Positions 11,373 through 23,812 of a stretch of 64,000 nt of DNA are shown here, piece by piece. Source of the DNA: Macrostomum lignano (lineage: Eukaryota). The stretch lies in the NCBI GenBank assembly GCA_002269645.1, contig NIVC01000032.1, forward strand, positions 1,240,001 to 1,304,000. Reading direction: 5' to 3'. Position 1 is the stretch's first letter, and the number at the start of each line of letters is the position of its first letter. The notes under the pieces were generated by a model. It was given only the letters and a program-made list of their open reading frames with translations, was not told where the DNA came from and ran no database searches. The position numbers and the translations under genes are program-made.

Positions 11373-14357
11373 ATGAGCAATAACGATCGCCAACTGAATC
11401 ATGCACTCGATTTGATGCGCCGTCTGCCGCCACAGTCAGTTGAAGAGAATTTAACCCAACTGGTTGATTTGGTGCCTAATATGACTGAGAGTCTGCTGTG
11501 TTGCATTGATCAGCCACTTCAAGTGTCGAAAGATTTCAGCTGTGGAAAAGATTACCTGCTGTGCGACTATAACAGAGATGCTGATAGTCACAGGTTGGTT
11601 GTGCGCCATTGAATTGAAATTTAGATTAGAGAGACATACCAGAGAGGAAGGTAGAGAGAGAGTAGAGATTTAGATAGAAGGAAATGAGTACAGTAAGATG
11701 AGTGGAATCGGGGAAACAAGAGAAAATCGAGTAGAGACAATTGAGTAGAATAACGGAAGTGAGTAGAGACAATTGAGTAGAATGATGGAAGTGAGTAGAG
11801 ACAATTGAGTAGAATGAGGGAAGTGAATTGAGACAATTGAGTAGAATAACGGAAGTGAGTAGAGACAATTGAGTAGAATAACGGAAGTGAGTAGAGACAA
11901 TTGAGTAGAATGATGGAAGTGAGTAGAGACAATTGAGTAGAATGATGGAAGTGAGTAGAGACAATTGAGTAGAATGGAGGAAGTGAGTAGAGACAATTGA
12001 GTAGAATGATGGAAGTTAGTAGAGATAATTGAGTAGAATGATGGAAGTGAGTAGAGACAATTGAGTAGAATGGAGGAAGTGAGTAGAGACAATTGAGTAG
12101 AATGAGGGAAGTGAATTGAGACAATTGAGTAGAATAACGGAAGTGAGTAGAGACAATTGAGTAGAATAACGGAAGTGAGTAGAGACAATTGAGTAGAATG
12201 ATGGAAGTGAGTAGAGACAATTGAGTAGAATGGAGGAAGTGAGTAGAGACAATTGAGTAGAATGATGGAAGTTAGTAGAGATAATTGAGTAGAATGATGG
12301 AAGTGAGTAGAGACAATTGAGTAGAATGGAGGAAGTGAGTAGAGACAATTGAGTAGAATGGAGGAAGTGAGTAGAGACAATTGAGTAGAATAACGGAAGT
12401 GAGTAGAGACAATTGAGTAGAATGAGGGAAGTGAGTAGAGACAATTGAGTAGAATGATGGAAGTGAGTAGAGACAATTGAGTAGAATGATGGAAGTGAGT
12501 AGAGACAATTGAGTAGAATGACAGAAGTGAGGGAGAGTGGAAGATTCTATTCTATCCCAAGTCAGCTATTAAAATCCCATTCCATCCCAGATCCCCATGG
12601 AGTAATCAATACTTTCCACCCCTGGAGGATGGCGCAGTGCCTTCGGATCGGTTGCGCTCAATCGAAATCGAATTGAATTCGGCAATGCAAAGATACAGAG
12701 AGCTGTACTATGGCGGCGGCAGTATTGCATCGGCCTACCTGTGGGATTTGGACAGCACCGCTAAAGGATTTGCTGGTGCGGTGCTAATTAAGAAGTGCGG
12801 CAGCTCAGGCTGCAGCGGTCAGTGGGATTCAGTGCACGTGATCGAAGTGACACCTAAGGTTACCGGTAGATCGGCCAAGTACAAATTGACTGCCACGGTT
12901 ATGCTGAGACTGGTTAGCGAGCTGCGGTAAGTGGGTTTAGTTTGGGTGTCTGTAGGGTTCAGTTTGGGGTGTCTGTAGGGTTCAGTTTGGGTGTCTGTAG
13001 GGTTTAGTTTGGGGTGTCTGTAGGGTTCAGTTTGGGGTGTCTGTGGAAATTAATTATTTATTGCCATTAAACTCGCAGGTGCAAAAGCGATGACGTCAGT
13101 TCTGACAGTTCGGAGTTCGACATCGCGGGCAGTCTGACCAGGCAAGCAGAGCGGGAGTCGCCAGCGGCCCTGTCCAGTGCAAACGAGTCTGCCATTGCCG
13201 CTGCTCACATTGCTAATATCGGCCGATTGATTGAAGTAAATATTCAGCTGGGAATTTTTCTATCAGATTGTCAAATGTTTTATACAATATTGTTAATATT
13301 CTCATAAATATTATTTCATTGATTATCTATTTGCCAATAATAATTTAAATATTAATTCTAGGAAAATCAGCCTCAATCAACGATTATAATTCTAGGAAAG
13401 TTGGCCTCAATAATCGATACTAATTCAAAGAAAATCGCCCTAATAATCGATATTAATTCTAAGAAAATCGCCCTCAATAATCGATATTAATTCTAAGAAA
13501 ATCGCCCTCAATAAGCGATATTAATTCTAAGAAAATCGCCCTCAATAATCTATACTAATTCTAAGAAAATCGCCCTAATTAAGCGATATTAATTCTAAGA
13601 AAATCGCCCTCAATAATAGATATTAATTCTAAGAAAATCGGTCTCAATAATTGATTTTATTTTAAGAAAATCGCCCTCAATAATCGATATTAATTCTAAG
13701 AAAATCGCCACAATAATCGATATTAATTCTAAGAAAATCGGTCTCAATAAGCGATATTAATTCTAAGAAAATCGCCCTCAATAATCGAAATTTAATTCTA
13801 AGAAAATCGGTCTCAATAATCGATATTAATTCTAAGAAAATCGCCCTCAATAATAGATATTAATTCTAAGGAAATCTGTCTCAATAATTGATTTTATTTT
13901 AAGAAAATCGCCCTCAATAATCGATATTAATTCTAAGAAAATCGCCCTCAATAATCGATATTAATTCTAAGAAAATCGCCACAATAATCGATATTAATTC
14001 TAAAACAATCGCCCTCAATAATCGATAATAATTCTAAAACAATCGCCCTCAATAATCGATATTAACTCTAAGAAAATCGCCCTCAATAATCGATAATAAT
14101 TCTAAAACAATCGCCCTCAATAATCGATATTAAACTTGAATATTATTGTGCCTTCAACTTCCCAGGAAACGGAGACCTCAATGCGGCAGCAGCTGATAGA
14201 CGTCTATTTTGACAACGTGTGCGGCGTTGTTGAAACAATGCGCACCAGTTTGAGCAAAGAATCGCGAATGGCCAGAGAACTGCTGCAGCGGGAGCTCAAT
14301 GAGGCTATTAATAGATCTTCCCCTTTAGTCAGCTGCTCGAAATTGCTTACTGATTAA
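11373..14357 (+). CDS. CAPZB: F-actin capping protein subunit beta, divergent, 301 aa, 4 exons
   Basis: Exons 11373-11593, 12591-12926, 13079-13235 and 14166-14357 (906 nt, phases 2, 2, 0). Motifs [55 protein letters not shown] and HIANIGRL. Confidence 0.95.
11735..12525. repeat. 32-bp minisatellite (GAGTAGAATGATGGAAGTGAGTAGAGACAATT), CAPZB intron 1
   Basis: Direct periodicity (e.g. 11761 to 11793). Confidence 0.95.
12935..13045. repeat. 22/23-bp minisatellite (GTTTGGGGTGTCTGTAGGGTTCA), about 4.5 copies, fills CAPZB intron 2
   Basis: Direct periodicity. Confidence 0.9.
13350..14133. repeat. 34-bp AT-rich minisatellite (CTCAATAATCGATATTAATTCTAAGAAAATCGCC), CAPZB intron 3
   Basis: Direct periodicity (13442 to 13476). 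Confidence 0.95.
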
Positions 14358-15589
14358 CTTTATTACTGGATCGGATCTATTTTAATGACGTCATTAACCC
14401 GTCGAAAATGTTACCGTGACAGAATTGCTAAATGATTTATTGAAAACTCTGGCGGGTGACTCTTGTGACTTTTTAACGACTCAAGTTTGAGTTCGAGTTG
14501 CTGAATTGTGAAAGAGTCGTGTTAGCGCTTAGCTTTCTACTAACTTAAGTAGACTAAGTAGAGTTTTTGTAAATGCGAAATGCGATTCTAATTCATAAAG
14601 TGACGTCATTTTAGAGTCGTCTAGAGTCGCTTCTTTTCCTGTTTTTCCTGCTTAATGATGTCAACAGGCAGTTAAAGTTGTTTTGAGGTGATGTCATTAT
14701 AAATCGACGTGCTTTTTTATACACATTCAACTTTGTCCTCCAAATTGAACCTTGTGTTTTAGTGGCTTTTTGAGCTGAAAAGAAATTTAAATTTTGACAA
14801 TGTCAGTATTAGCATCGCATCACAATCTGGTCAGTTTTGACAGTTTTTTCAACTTTTATTTTCTAGTGCTTTATAACAAAAGTCGCGCTTTTTCGCTTTT
14901 TATCTACTTTTAGTAGCTACCTACTGGCTTTTTTTAGTTTTTGCTCAAAGATTTTTTGGAAGCTTTTTGCATGACAACTCAATCATATCTAAACCAGTCT
15001 GAGCTGCTATAGGCTTGTCTACGCGAGCCGTATTGAGTATTTTCACCCATTTTCACCCAAGAGTCTTCTTCCGCGTGGACAAGCTCGCATAAATTATTAA
15101 TACAATATTTGCCCCCCCCTCCCCTGCGTGACGTGCCCTGTCCAGATTTTTATCTACTCTTGCTTTCCCTCTTTTTTCTCCTGTGCAGTCTCGGCTTAAC
15201 TCAGTTGAGTAAAAATATATAATCTGTATAATCTATGCATAGGCAGTAGATTCCTGTTTTATATATAATAAGCATGCTATATTTTCTGCTTTTATATTGC
15301 CTGTTTTTCTTTGATTTCCTCGGCTTTTGTCACGTAGTATTATAGTTCAGCTTCTGGGTCGAGATTTGCTGCGATTTCGATTGACAAACCGGGGCTTGAC
15401 ATCCGCAGGTTGATTGTCTTGCTGAAGCAGCCAGTGCTCTGTGTTCGTGCGTGTGCTTGTACGCACTTATCGAGATTCACTGTTTGGGCGCGTTCCGCCT
15501 ATGTCTGCGCGTTTGCCTCTCTCTTGATTTTGGGGCTGGAATGCTGGGCTTTCCTTGCATTTAGGAAACAAATCGCCTTTTTTATCGTC

Positions 15590-16838
15590 AACTCTGCAAC
15601 ACGAGAATCGCCCCCCTGCAACATGAGAATCGCCCTCTCTGCAACACGAGAATCGCCCCCCTGCAACATGAGAATCGCCCTCTCTGCAACATGAGAATCG
15701 CCCTCTCTGCAACATGAGAATCGCCCACTCTGCAACATGAGAATCGCCCTCTCTGCAACATGAGAATCGCTCTCTCTGCACAATGAGAATCGCCCTCTCT
15801 GCAAGCAACATGAGAATCGCCCTCTCTGCAACATGAGAATCGCCAACTGCACCATGAGAATCGCCAACCCTGCAACATGAGAATCGCCCTCTCTGCAACA
15901 TGAGAATCGCCAACACTGCAACATGAGAATCGCCCTCTCTGCAACATGAGAATCGCCCTCTCTGCAACATGAGAATCGCCAACTCTGCAACACGAGAATC
16001 GCCCTCTCTGCAACATGAGAATCGCTCTCTCTGCAACATGAGAATCGCCAACTCTGCAACATGAGAATCGCCAACTCTGCAACATGAGAATCGCCCTCTC
16101 TGCAACATGAGAATCGCCCTCTCTGCACAATGAGAATCGCCCTCTCTGCAAGCAACATGAGAATCGCCCTCTCTGCAACATGAGAATCGCCAACTGCACA
16201 ATGAGAATCGCCAACCCTGCAACATGAGAATCGCCCTCTCTGCAACATGAGAATCGCCAACACTGCAACATGAGAATCGCCCTCTCTGCAACATGAGAAT
16301 CGCCCTCTCTGCAACATGAGAATCGCCAACTCTGCAACACGAGAATCGCCCTCTCTGCAACATGAGAATCGCTCTCTCTGCAACATGAGAATCGCCAACT
16401 CTGCAACATGAGAATCGCCAACTCTGCAACATGAGAATCGCCCTCTCTGCAACATGAGAATCGCCCTCTCTGCACAATGAGAATCGCCCTCTCTGCAAGC
16501 AACATGAGAATCGCCCTCTCTGCAACATGAGAATCGCCAACTGCACCATGAGAATCGCCAACCCTGCAACATGAGAATCACCCTCTCTGCAACATGAGAA
16601 TCGCCAACACTGCAACATGAGAATCGCCCTCTCTGCAACATGAGAATCGCCCTCTCTGCAACATGAGAATCGCCAACTCTGCAACACGAGAATCGCCCTC
16701 TCTGCAACATGAGAATCGCTCTCTCTGCAACATGAGAATCGCCAACTCTGCAACATGAGAATCGCCCTCTCTACACCATGAGAATCGCCCTCTCTGCAAC
16801 ATGAGAATCGCCCTCTGCAAAATTAGAATCGCTCTCTC
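15590..16838. repeat. 23-bp minisatellite (GCAACATGAGAATCGCCCTCTCT) with a 347-bp higher-order repeat
   Basis: Diagnostic variant GCAAGC recurs at 15801, 16148 and 16495. Confidence 0.95.
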
Positions 16839-17504
16839 TACACAAAATGCCATAACTATATGTGGTTGTGTCTGCATACCAATTAGGAAATGAAATCTGT
16901 ACTGTGCTTAGTCGCAATGACATTACATGTAGTTCGGCCTTGTCTGCGCCCACTTCTGAAGCCTGTGCAGCCGTCGGTTCTGCTGTTTCCTGGAAATCTG
17001 ATTCTGGAATCCTTCTTGCACGTTGCTGTTAGTCAGTCACGCGCGACGGGCAATATAAGAAGAATTAAAAAATTCCAGTTACCAGTGCCTTTGCCTTTGA
17101 TATTTCAATAATTCGAGTATTATAATGTCCAATACTCGTATACATAAGTCTTGTATAGGAAGCCATGTGACTTGACATGCAAGCAAATCCAGATCTGCTA
17201 TGACAGGCGACATGCTTCACAGGAAACTGATCATTTATCAACTTTCTTTTCTGGCTTTCTCCTTTGTTTAGATTTTAGTATCGAAGCGAGTTGAGTTTTT
17301 AGTATGGTTCGAATTGATGAGCTGCGTCGTCTCAGGAAGTAACGTTGCTAGGCAGCCAATTTTGCTGACCTCTGAGCATGAGCACTCGCGCTCAAACAGG
17401 GTGCACAATGGTATGAGCTGTACACGCTTTTCGAAAGTTACTCCTCAAAAGATTTTGGCCACTTGATGTACTTACTGTTAGAGTAACGGTTGCTTGCTAC
17501 GGAG

Positions 17505-18295
17505 GGTGAGAGAACAGAGGGTGTGAGCACAGGGAGAGTGAGAGAACAGAGGGTGTGAGCACAGGGAGAGTGAGAGCACAGGGAGTGTGAGAGCACAGGG
17601 AGAGTGAGAGCACAGGGAGTGTGTGAGCACGGAGAGTGTGAGAGCACAGGGAGTGTGAGAGCACGGAGAGTGTGAGAGCACAGGAAGTGTAAGAGCACAG
17701 GGAGTGTGAGAGCACAGGAAGTGTAAGAGCACAGGGAGTGTGAGAGCACAGGAAGTGTAAGAGCACAGGAAGTGTAAGAGCACAGGAAGTGTAAGAGCAC
17801 AGGGAGTGTGAGAGCACAGGGAGTGTGAGAGCACAGGAAGTGTAAGAGCACAGGAAGTGTAAGAGCACAGGGAGTGTGAGAGCACAGGAAGTGTAAGAGC
17901 ACAGGGAGTGTGAGAGCACAGGAAGTGTAAGAGCACAGGGAGTGTGAGAGCACAGGAAGTGTAAGAGCACAGGAAGTGTAAGAGCACAGGAAGTGTAAGA
18001 GCACAGGAAGTGTAAGAGCACAGGGAGTGTGAGAGCACAGGGAGTGTGAGAGCACAGGAAGTGTAAGAGCACAGGAAGTGTAAGAGCACAGGGAGTGTGA
18101 GAGCACAGGGAGTGTGAGAGCACAGGGAGTGTGTGAGCACAGGGAGTGTGTGAGCACAGGGAGTGTGTGAGCACAGGGAGTGTGAGAGCACAGGGAGTGT
18201 GTGAGCACAGGGAGTGTGTGAGCACAGGGAGTGTGAGAGCACAGGGAGTGTGAGAGCACGGGGAGTGTGTGAGCACAGGGAGGGTGAGGGCACAG
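17505..18295. repeat. 17-bp minisatellite with two interspersed variants (GAGCACAGGGAGTGTGA / GAGCACAGGAAGTGTAA)
   Basis: Direct periodicity. Confidence 0.95.
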
Positions 18296-18914
18296 GAGGG
18301 TTACATTGGCTAACACGTTTCTGACTATAACTGCTATCATCGAGGGTAGAGATTTGCTGTTTAGCCGATAATTTCCTTCTGCACGTACTTGAGAACTATT
18401 TCATGTCCTAAATAGTGCTAGCAAAATGCGCGGCCCCAATCACTGTGGATTGTTATTACACGCTCCGCTAGCCACATCTCTAGGCTGGATAATGTATAAT
18501 TGTTAGCTTAGTTCTGAGTTGCCGAGATGGATGTTGAAATTCTATAACCAAGCTTCAGGGTCTTTGCTCTGCTCACGCTTCTTATGCGCCATCTTGACTA
18601 GCGCAATTACGAGCGAACGAAAGCGAGAGTCAGTTAATTATTAAGCAGCAACTTAACGGTATGCATCGCAAATTGATAAGTAAGATAAGCCCTCAGCTGA
18701 TTGAATAATTGACGACAGGTGGTGCGTCATTATCGATTTTAAAGCGAGTTATTTTTCATACGACAATTACTCTTTGGTGCTGAGGAGCAGTGTCTGTGTG
18801 CCTGCAGCTGTATGTGCGTAGGGTTGGGGCGATTTTAATTGGATATCACGAGCCAGAAAGGGATTCAGTTACATGAAAATGTGAAGGTAGCTGTTGACAT
18901 AGGACAAAGGGGTT

Positions 18915-20484
18915 AGGAGGCAGAAGTGTCAGGAGACAGAAGAAACAGGAGGCAGAACAGTCAGGAGATAGAAGAGTCAGGAGGCAGAACAGTCAGGAGA
19001 CAGAAGAGTCAGGAGGCAGAACAGTCAGGAGGCAGAAGAGTCAGGAGGCAGAAGAGTCAGGAGACAGAAGATTCAGGAGGCAGAACAGTCAGGAGGCAGA
19101 GAGCTGAGTCAGGAGGCAGAAGAGTCAGGAGGCAGAAGAGTCAGGAGGCAGAAGAGTCAGGAGGCAGAAGATTCAGGAGGCAGAAGATTCAGGAGGCAGA
19201 GAGTCAGGAGGCAGAAAGTCAGGAGGCAGAAGAGTCAGGAGGCAGAAGAGTCAGGAGGCAGAAGAGTCAGGAGGCAGAAGAGTCAGGAGACAGAACAGTC
19301 CGGAGACAGAAGAGTCAGGAGGCAGAACAGTCAGGAGACAGAAGATTCAGGAGGCAGAACAGTCAGGAGGCAGAGAGCTGAGTCAGGAGGCAGAAGAGTC
19401 AGGAGGCAGAAGAGTCAGGAGGCAGAACAGTCAGGAGGCAAAAAAGTCAGGAGGCAGAGAGTCAGGAGGCAGAGAGTCAGGAGGCAGAAGAGTCAGGAGA
19501 CAGAAGAGTCAGGAGGCAGAAGAGTCAGGAGGCAGAAGAGTCAGGAGGCAGAAGAGTCAAGAGGCAGAAGAGTCAGGAAGCAGAAGAGTCAGGAGGCAGA
19601 AGAGTCAGGAGACAGAAGATTCAGGAGGCAGAACAGTCAGGAGGCAGAGAGTCAGGAGGCAGAAGAGTCAGGAGGCAGAAGAGTCAGGAGGCAGAAGCGT
19701 CAGGAGGCAGAAGAGTCAGGAGGCAGAAGAGTCAGGAGGCAGAAGAGTCAAGAGGCAGAAGAGTCAGGAGGCAGAAGAGTCAGGAGACAGAAGCGTCAGG
19801 AGGCAGAAGATTCAGGAGGCTGAACAGTCAGGAGGCAGAGAGTCAGGAGGCAGAAGAGTCATGAGGCAGAAGAGTCAGGAATCAGAAGAGTCAGGAGGCA
19901 GAAGAGTCAGGAGGCAGAAGAGTCAGGAGGCAGAAGAGTCAGGAGGCAGAAGAGTCAGGAGGCAGAAGAGTCAGGAGGCAGAAGAGTCAGGAGACAGAAG
20001 ATACAGGAGGCAGAAGAGTCAGGAGGCAGAAGAGTCAGGAGACAGAAGAGTCAGGAGGCAGAAGAGTCAGGAGGCAGAAGAGTCAGGAGGCAGAAGAGTC
20101 AGGAGGCAGAAGAGTCAGGAGACAGAACAGTCAGGAGACAGAACAGTCAGGAGACAGAAGAGTCAGGAGGCAGAAGAGTCAGGAGGCAGAAGAGTCAGGA
20201 GGCAGAAGAGTCAGGAGACAGAACAGTCAGGAGACAGAAGAGTCAGGGGCAGAAGAGTCAGGAGACAGAACAGTCAGGAGGCAGAAGAGTCAGGAGACAG
20301 AAGATTCAGGAGGCAGAAGAGTCAGGAGACAGAAGCGTCAGGAGGCAGAAGATTCAGGAGGCAGAAGAGTCAGGAGACAGAAGCGTCAGGAGGCAGAAGA
20401 TTCAGGAGGCAGAAGTGTCAGGAGGCAGAAGATTCAGGAGGCAGAAGTGTCAGGAGGCAGAAGATTCAGGAGGCAGAAGAGTCA
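18915..20484 (+). repeat. 16-bp minisatellite (GTCAGGAGGCAGAAGA), about 1.57 kb
   Basis: Direct periodicity. The same family occurs reverse-complemented at 23813-24733. Confidence 0.95.
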
Positions 20485-21578
20485 ATATTCTGGTTATGCA
20501 GCATCCACTCCGACCCTGCCTGTCTATTCTACAACGTTGCCCCCCCCCCCGGTCCTCCCGTTCCGTGTCCGCCAGGAGGAAAATGCTCTTCAGGAAGCGG
20601 TCCCCTGTCAGCCTGCGCACAGTCGGAAATGGGCATTGAATTGAAGTTCATCAAATTATATGGTCATACGACTTTCTCTTTCAAATGAATCCGCTCTTAT
20701 GCTATAAGTATGTTGGTGAGGATTTGGGAGGCCTTATGCCTTCCCCAACTGACCCAACTGAGTGAGTGACCAACCCGACTTTTGCAAATTTGTCTGTCAC
20801 GCAATATTCCTGAACTCCGTCGGAGAGCTGCCTAATTCTCGGAGTTGCTTGGGCATCAGAGATTCGCAAAATGAGATCACGGAAAGGCCTGCGGATGTAC
20901 TTTTTGTGTGGAAATTTTTAGTGTCTTTGGAAGCGGGAGATTATAAGGGGAATTCCTGTTCTTCAATAGGAGATTTTCAAGTTTAATATCTGGAGAGCAG
21001 CTCCTGCTTCGCAGATGTGATGTTTAGAACAATTTTCTCGGTGATAAAGGTTTCTGTTTTCAAGATTCTCCATGTAAAATCTTTCATTTTGAAAAGAACC
21101 TTTCCTGTGGAATTTCAGCTTAACTACCTTAATTTTGCTACGCTACTAAACCCCTGCACATCTATCTATCTATCCATCTATCTATCTATGTGCCAATTAG
21201 CTAATAACATTATTCACACTCTAAGACATTAAATTACTCACCAACTTTCCCTATTTGCAGCTCAGGCATCCGACAGGTTCTAAAACGGCTTCGCAACCCC
21301 TTTGGGAAATTTTCAGCGTGAGTTTGCTCAATCGCTTTGACGAAGCCCCCTCCCAGATCCTACTGACCACCGTCTCAAGCAGCTTTACTCAACCAGCTCA
21401 TCCCACTCGTTTAGTGTATTCCCAGCGGGCCTGCAAATCTCCCAGCTTCCCTCATTCGCACCCACCAGGATTACCCCGCCCACTCTCAAGCTCTCACAAG
21501 GCTGCTCCAGTCCCGTTGCTCCTTTCAATGCTTCCGCTACTGCCCAGCCGTGGAGTTCCACCTAGATATCTGGAGTTG

Positions 21579-22053
21579 GTCAGTCAGTCAGTCAGTCAGT
21601 CAGTCAGTCAGTCAGTCAGTCAGTCAGTCAGTCAGTCAGTCAGTCAGTCAGTCAGTCAGTCAGTCAGTCAGTCAGTCAGTCAGTCAGTCAGTCAGTCAGT
21701 CAGTCAGTCAGTCAGTCAGTCAGTCAGTCAGTCAGTCAGTCAGTCAGTCAGTCAGTCAGTCAGTCAGTCAGTCAGTCAGTCAGTCAGTCAGTCAGTCAGT
21801 CAGTCAGTCAGTCAGTCAGTCAGTCAGTCAGTCAGTCAGTCAGTCAATCAGTCAGTCAGTCAGTCAGTCAGTCAGTCAGTCAGTCAGTCAGTCAGTCAGT
21901 CAGTCAGTCAGTCAGTCAGTCAGTCAGTCAGTCAGTCAGTCAGTCAGTCAGTCAGTCAGTCAGTCAGTCAGTCAGTCAGTCAGTCAGTCAGTCAGTCAGT
22001 CAGTCAGTCAGTCAGTCAGTCAGTCAGTCAGTCAGTCAGTCAGTCAGTCAGTC
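21579..22053. repeat. (CAGT)n microsatellite, about 118 units, nearly perfect
   Basis: Read directly; one CAAT variant near 21845. Confidence 0.99.
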
Positions 22054-22737
22054 CTTGGCCCTAAGCCCATGCAAGCAGTTGCCACAGGAGAAGTGATGAG
22101 TAGGTTGCTACAACTGCAACTCCAGACTATACAGAGGGATGATGATGGCGGGAATCTGATGGGGTCTGTGGGAGGCTGACAGTCCAATTCCCATTGGATG
22201 GCTGAGCTGAGTAGCCAGGATGAGGGGCATGCAGGACGAGTGTGAGCTGCAGCAGTTGCACCATCCTTGTCAGCAGTGTCTATCTGGCTCACCTCAATTC
22301 CCTTTACACTCCTCCTCGGCGCTCTGGGTAGCAACCACTTCGAGTCCGGGTTGGTTGGGTTGCCAACCCACCCCTCCTCTTCTCTCTCTCCCTCTTCCCC
22401 ACCTCAATTCCAAAATTATGAATCTGCAGCGGCCGGACCTGAGCGCCCCCCCACAAGTGCCGCCTCATTGAAGCTGCTCTCACTCCTCCAGCCTCCTCTT
22501 GGTAACTTTTTTCTCTCTTTCTGCGCGAAAGCCACTTATAGCTTGGCTCTCTCTCTCTCACCCTCTCTCTCTCCCTCTCATCCTTTCTCTGGACTTCACT
22601 CATCACTTCACTCCCAGCCCGCCCCCTCTAGGGACCCATCATCCGCTCTGGTGGTCGCCAATTAATGCCAAAAAACCGGACCCGTGTTGTTGAGATTCTA
22701 ACACACCCGCATAACTATATAGAGCCTAGCCGCGCAC

Positions 22738-22831
22738 ATGCCGAACAACTCTGGGAGCAGCGGCAAGCAGCAGCAGCAGCAGCAGCAGCAGCAGTCCATC
22801 AGAGGTGGCGGCTTGCAAAGCAATAAAAAAG
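22738..22831 (+). CDS. Putative first coding exon (MPNNSGSSGKQ9SIRGGGLQSNKK), possibly the 5' end of the copine gene
   Basis: ATG at 22738 with an in-frame upstream TAG at 22720, a CAG polyQ run, and a strong donor G|GTAAGT at 22832. The link to copine is inferred only from strand and position. Confidence 0.5.
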
Positions 22832-22884
22832 GTAAGTTAACAGAAATGATTTGATTGACAAAATGCATTCAGGTAAACGGCTGA

Positions 22885-23170
22885 AGTAGCTCCAAAAGAC
22901 TCTAGATGGAGCCAAAACACTATAAGTGGCGCCAAAATACTCTAGATGGAGCCAAAACACTATAAGTGGCGCCAAAATACTCTAGATGGAGCCAAAACAC
23001 TATAAGTGGCGCCAAAATACTCTAGATGGAGCCAAAACACTATAAGTGGCGCCAAAATCCTTCAAATGGCGCAGAAAGATTTTGGATGGCGCCAAAATAT
23101 TTTAGATGCCGAAAAGACACTTGAGGTGGCGCCAAAAGACGATAGATGGCGCCAAAATACATTAGATGGC
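22885..23170. repeat. 40-bp repeat made of two 20-bp subunits (GATGGAGCCAAAACACTATAAGTGGCGCCAAAATACTCTA), degenerate at the 3' end
   Basis: Direct periodicity. Shares the GTGGCGCCAAAA core with the 25128 array. Confidence 0.85.
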
Positions 23171-23812
23171 GTTAAACACATACTCCCGCTAACGATGCTA
23201 AAATGTCTACTTTTATGTCTTACAGCCTGATGAAGCCACTAAGGAAGGGGCAATGGGAGAAGGAAGAGAGAACGGATAACAAGAGTTTCGCTACACAAGC
23301 CCCGGACTCAACTAGTGGGCCACCCTTTTTGCTTGAGCTCGTAATTAGCAGGTGATGATAGCCAAGGTGCGATGCAACCTACAGCTGCTGCAATAGCACT
23401 CTGTCTCTCTACCCCCCTTCGAAAGTGGAAATCAATTCAGTGCAGCCATTAACCCGATAGAACGAGCTTTATGTTGCTTTCATTAGTTCGTTCATTCCCG
23501 AATTGAAGGGCTGGGATACTGGGAAGAGGATTGGTTTTGCTGTCCTAGTTGTGGGAACTCCTGAATGCTTTCCCCTTGCCCGAGCTCTGATCTCTCATCC
23601 TCATGGCACTCTGACTCTCCATATGGTAATCGATTGGCTAGCCTGGGTGCACGGATACTTGATACTCGTATATCTGTGTTATTCTTGCATCTGTCGCTTT
23701 TCCTATGCGCAGATCCGATATATAGTTTGTTGGCTACATTCGATAAGAAATTGAATGCCTTTTCCAATGCACTAGGCGTTGTGATACTGTACTCTCTGTG
23801 TGTTGCACTGCG

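Noticed and set aside
15013-15085. 13-bp inverted repeat GCTTGTCTACGCG / CGCGTGGACAAGC
   Set aside because: Too short, single copy in the window, and no TSD.
15467-20688. Long ORFs of 250-430 aa on both strands
   Set aside because: They are translations of 16-, 17- and 23-bp arrays, with no domain content or unique sequence.
21255-22179. SQSV-repeat ORFs
   Set aside because: Product of the (CAGT)n microsatellite.
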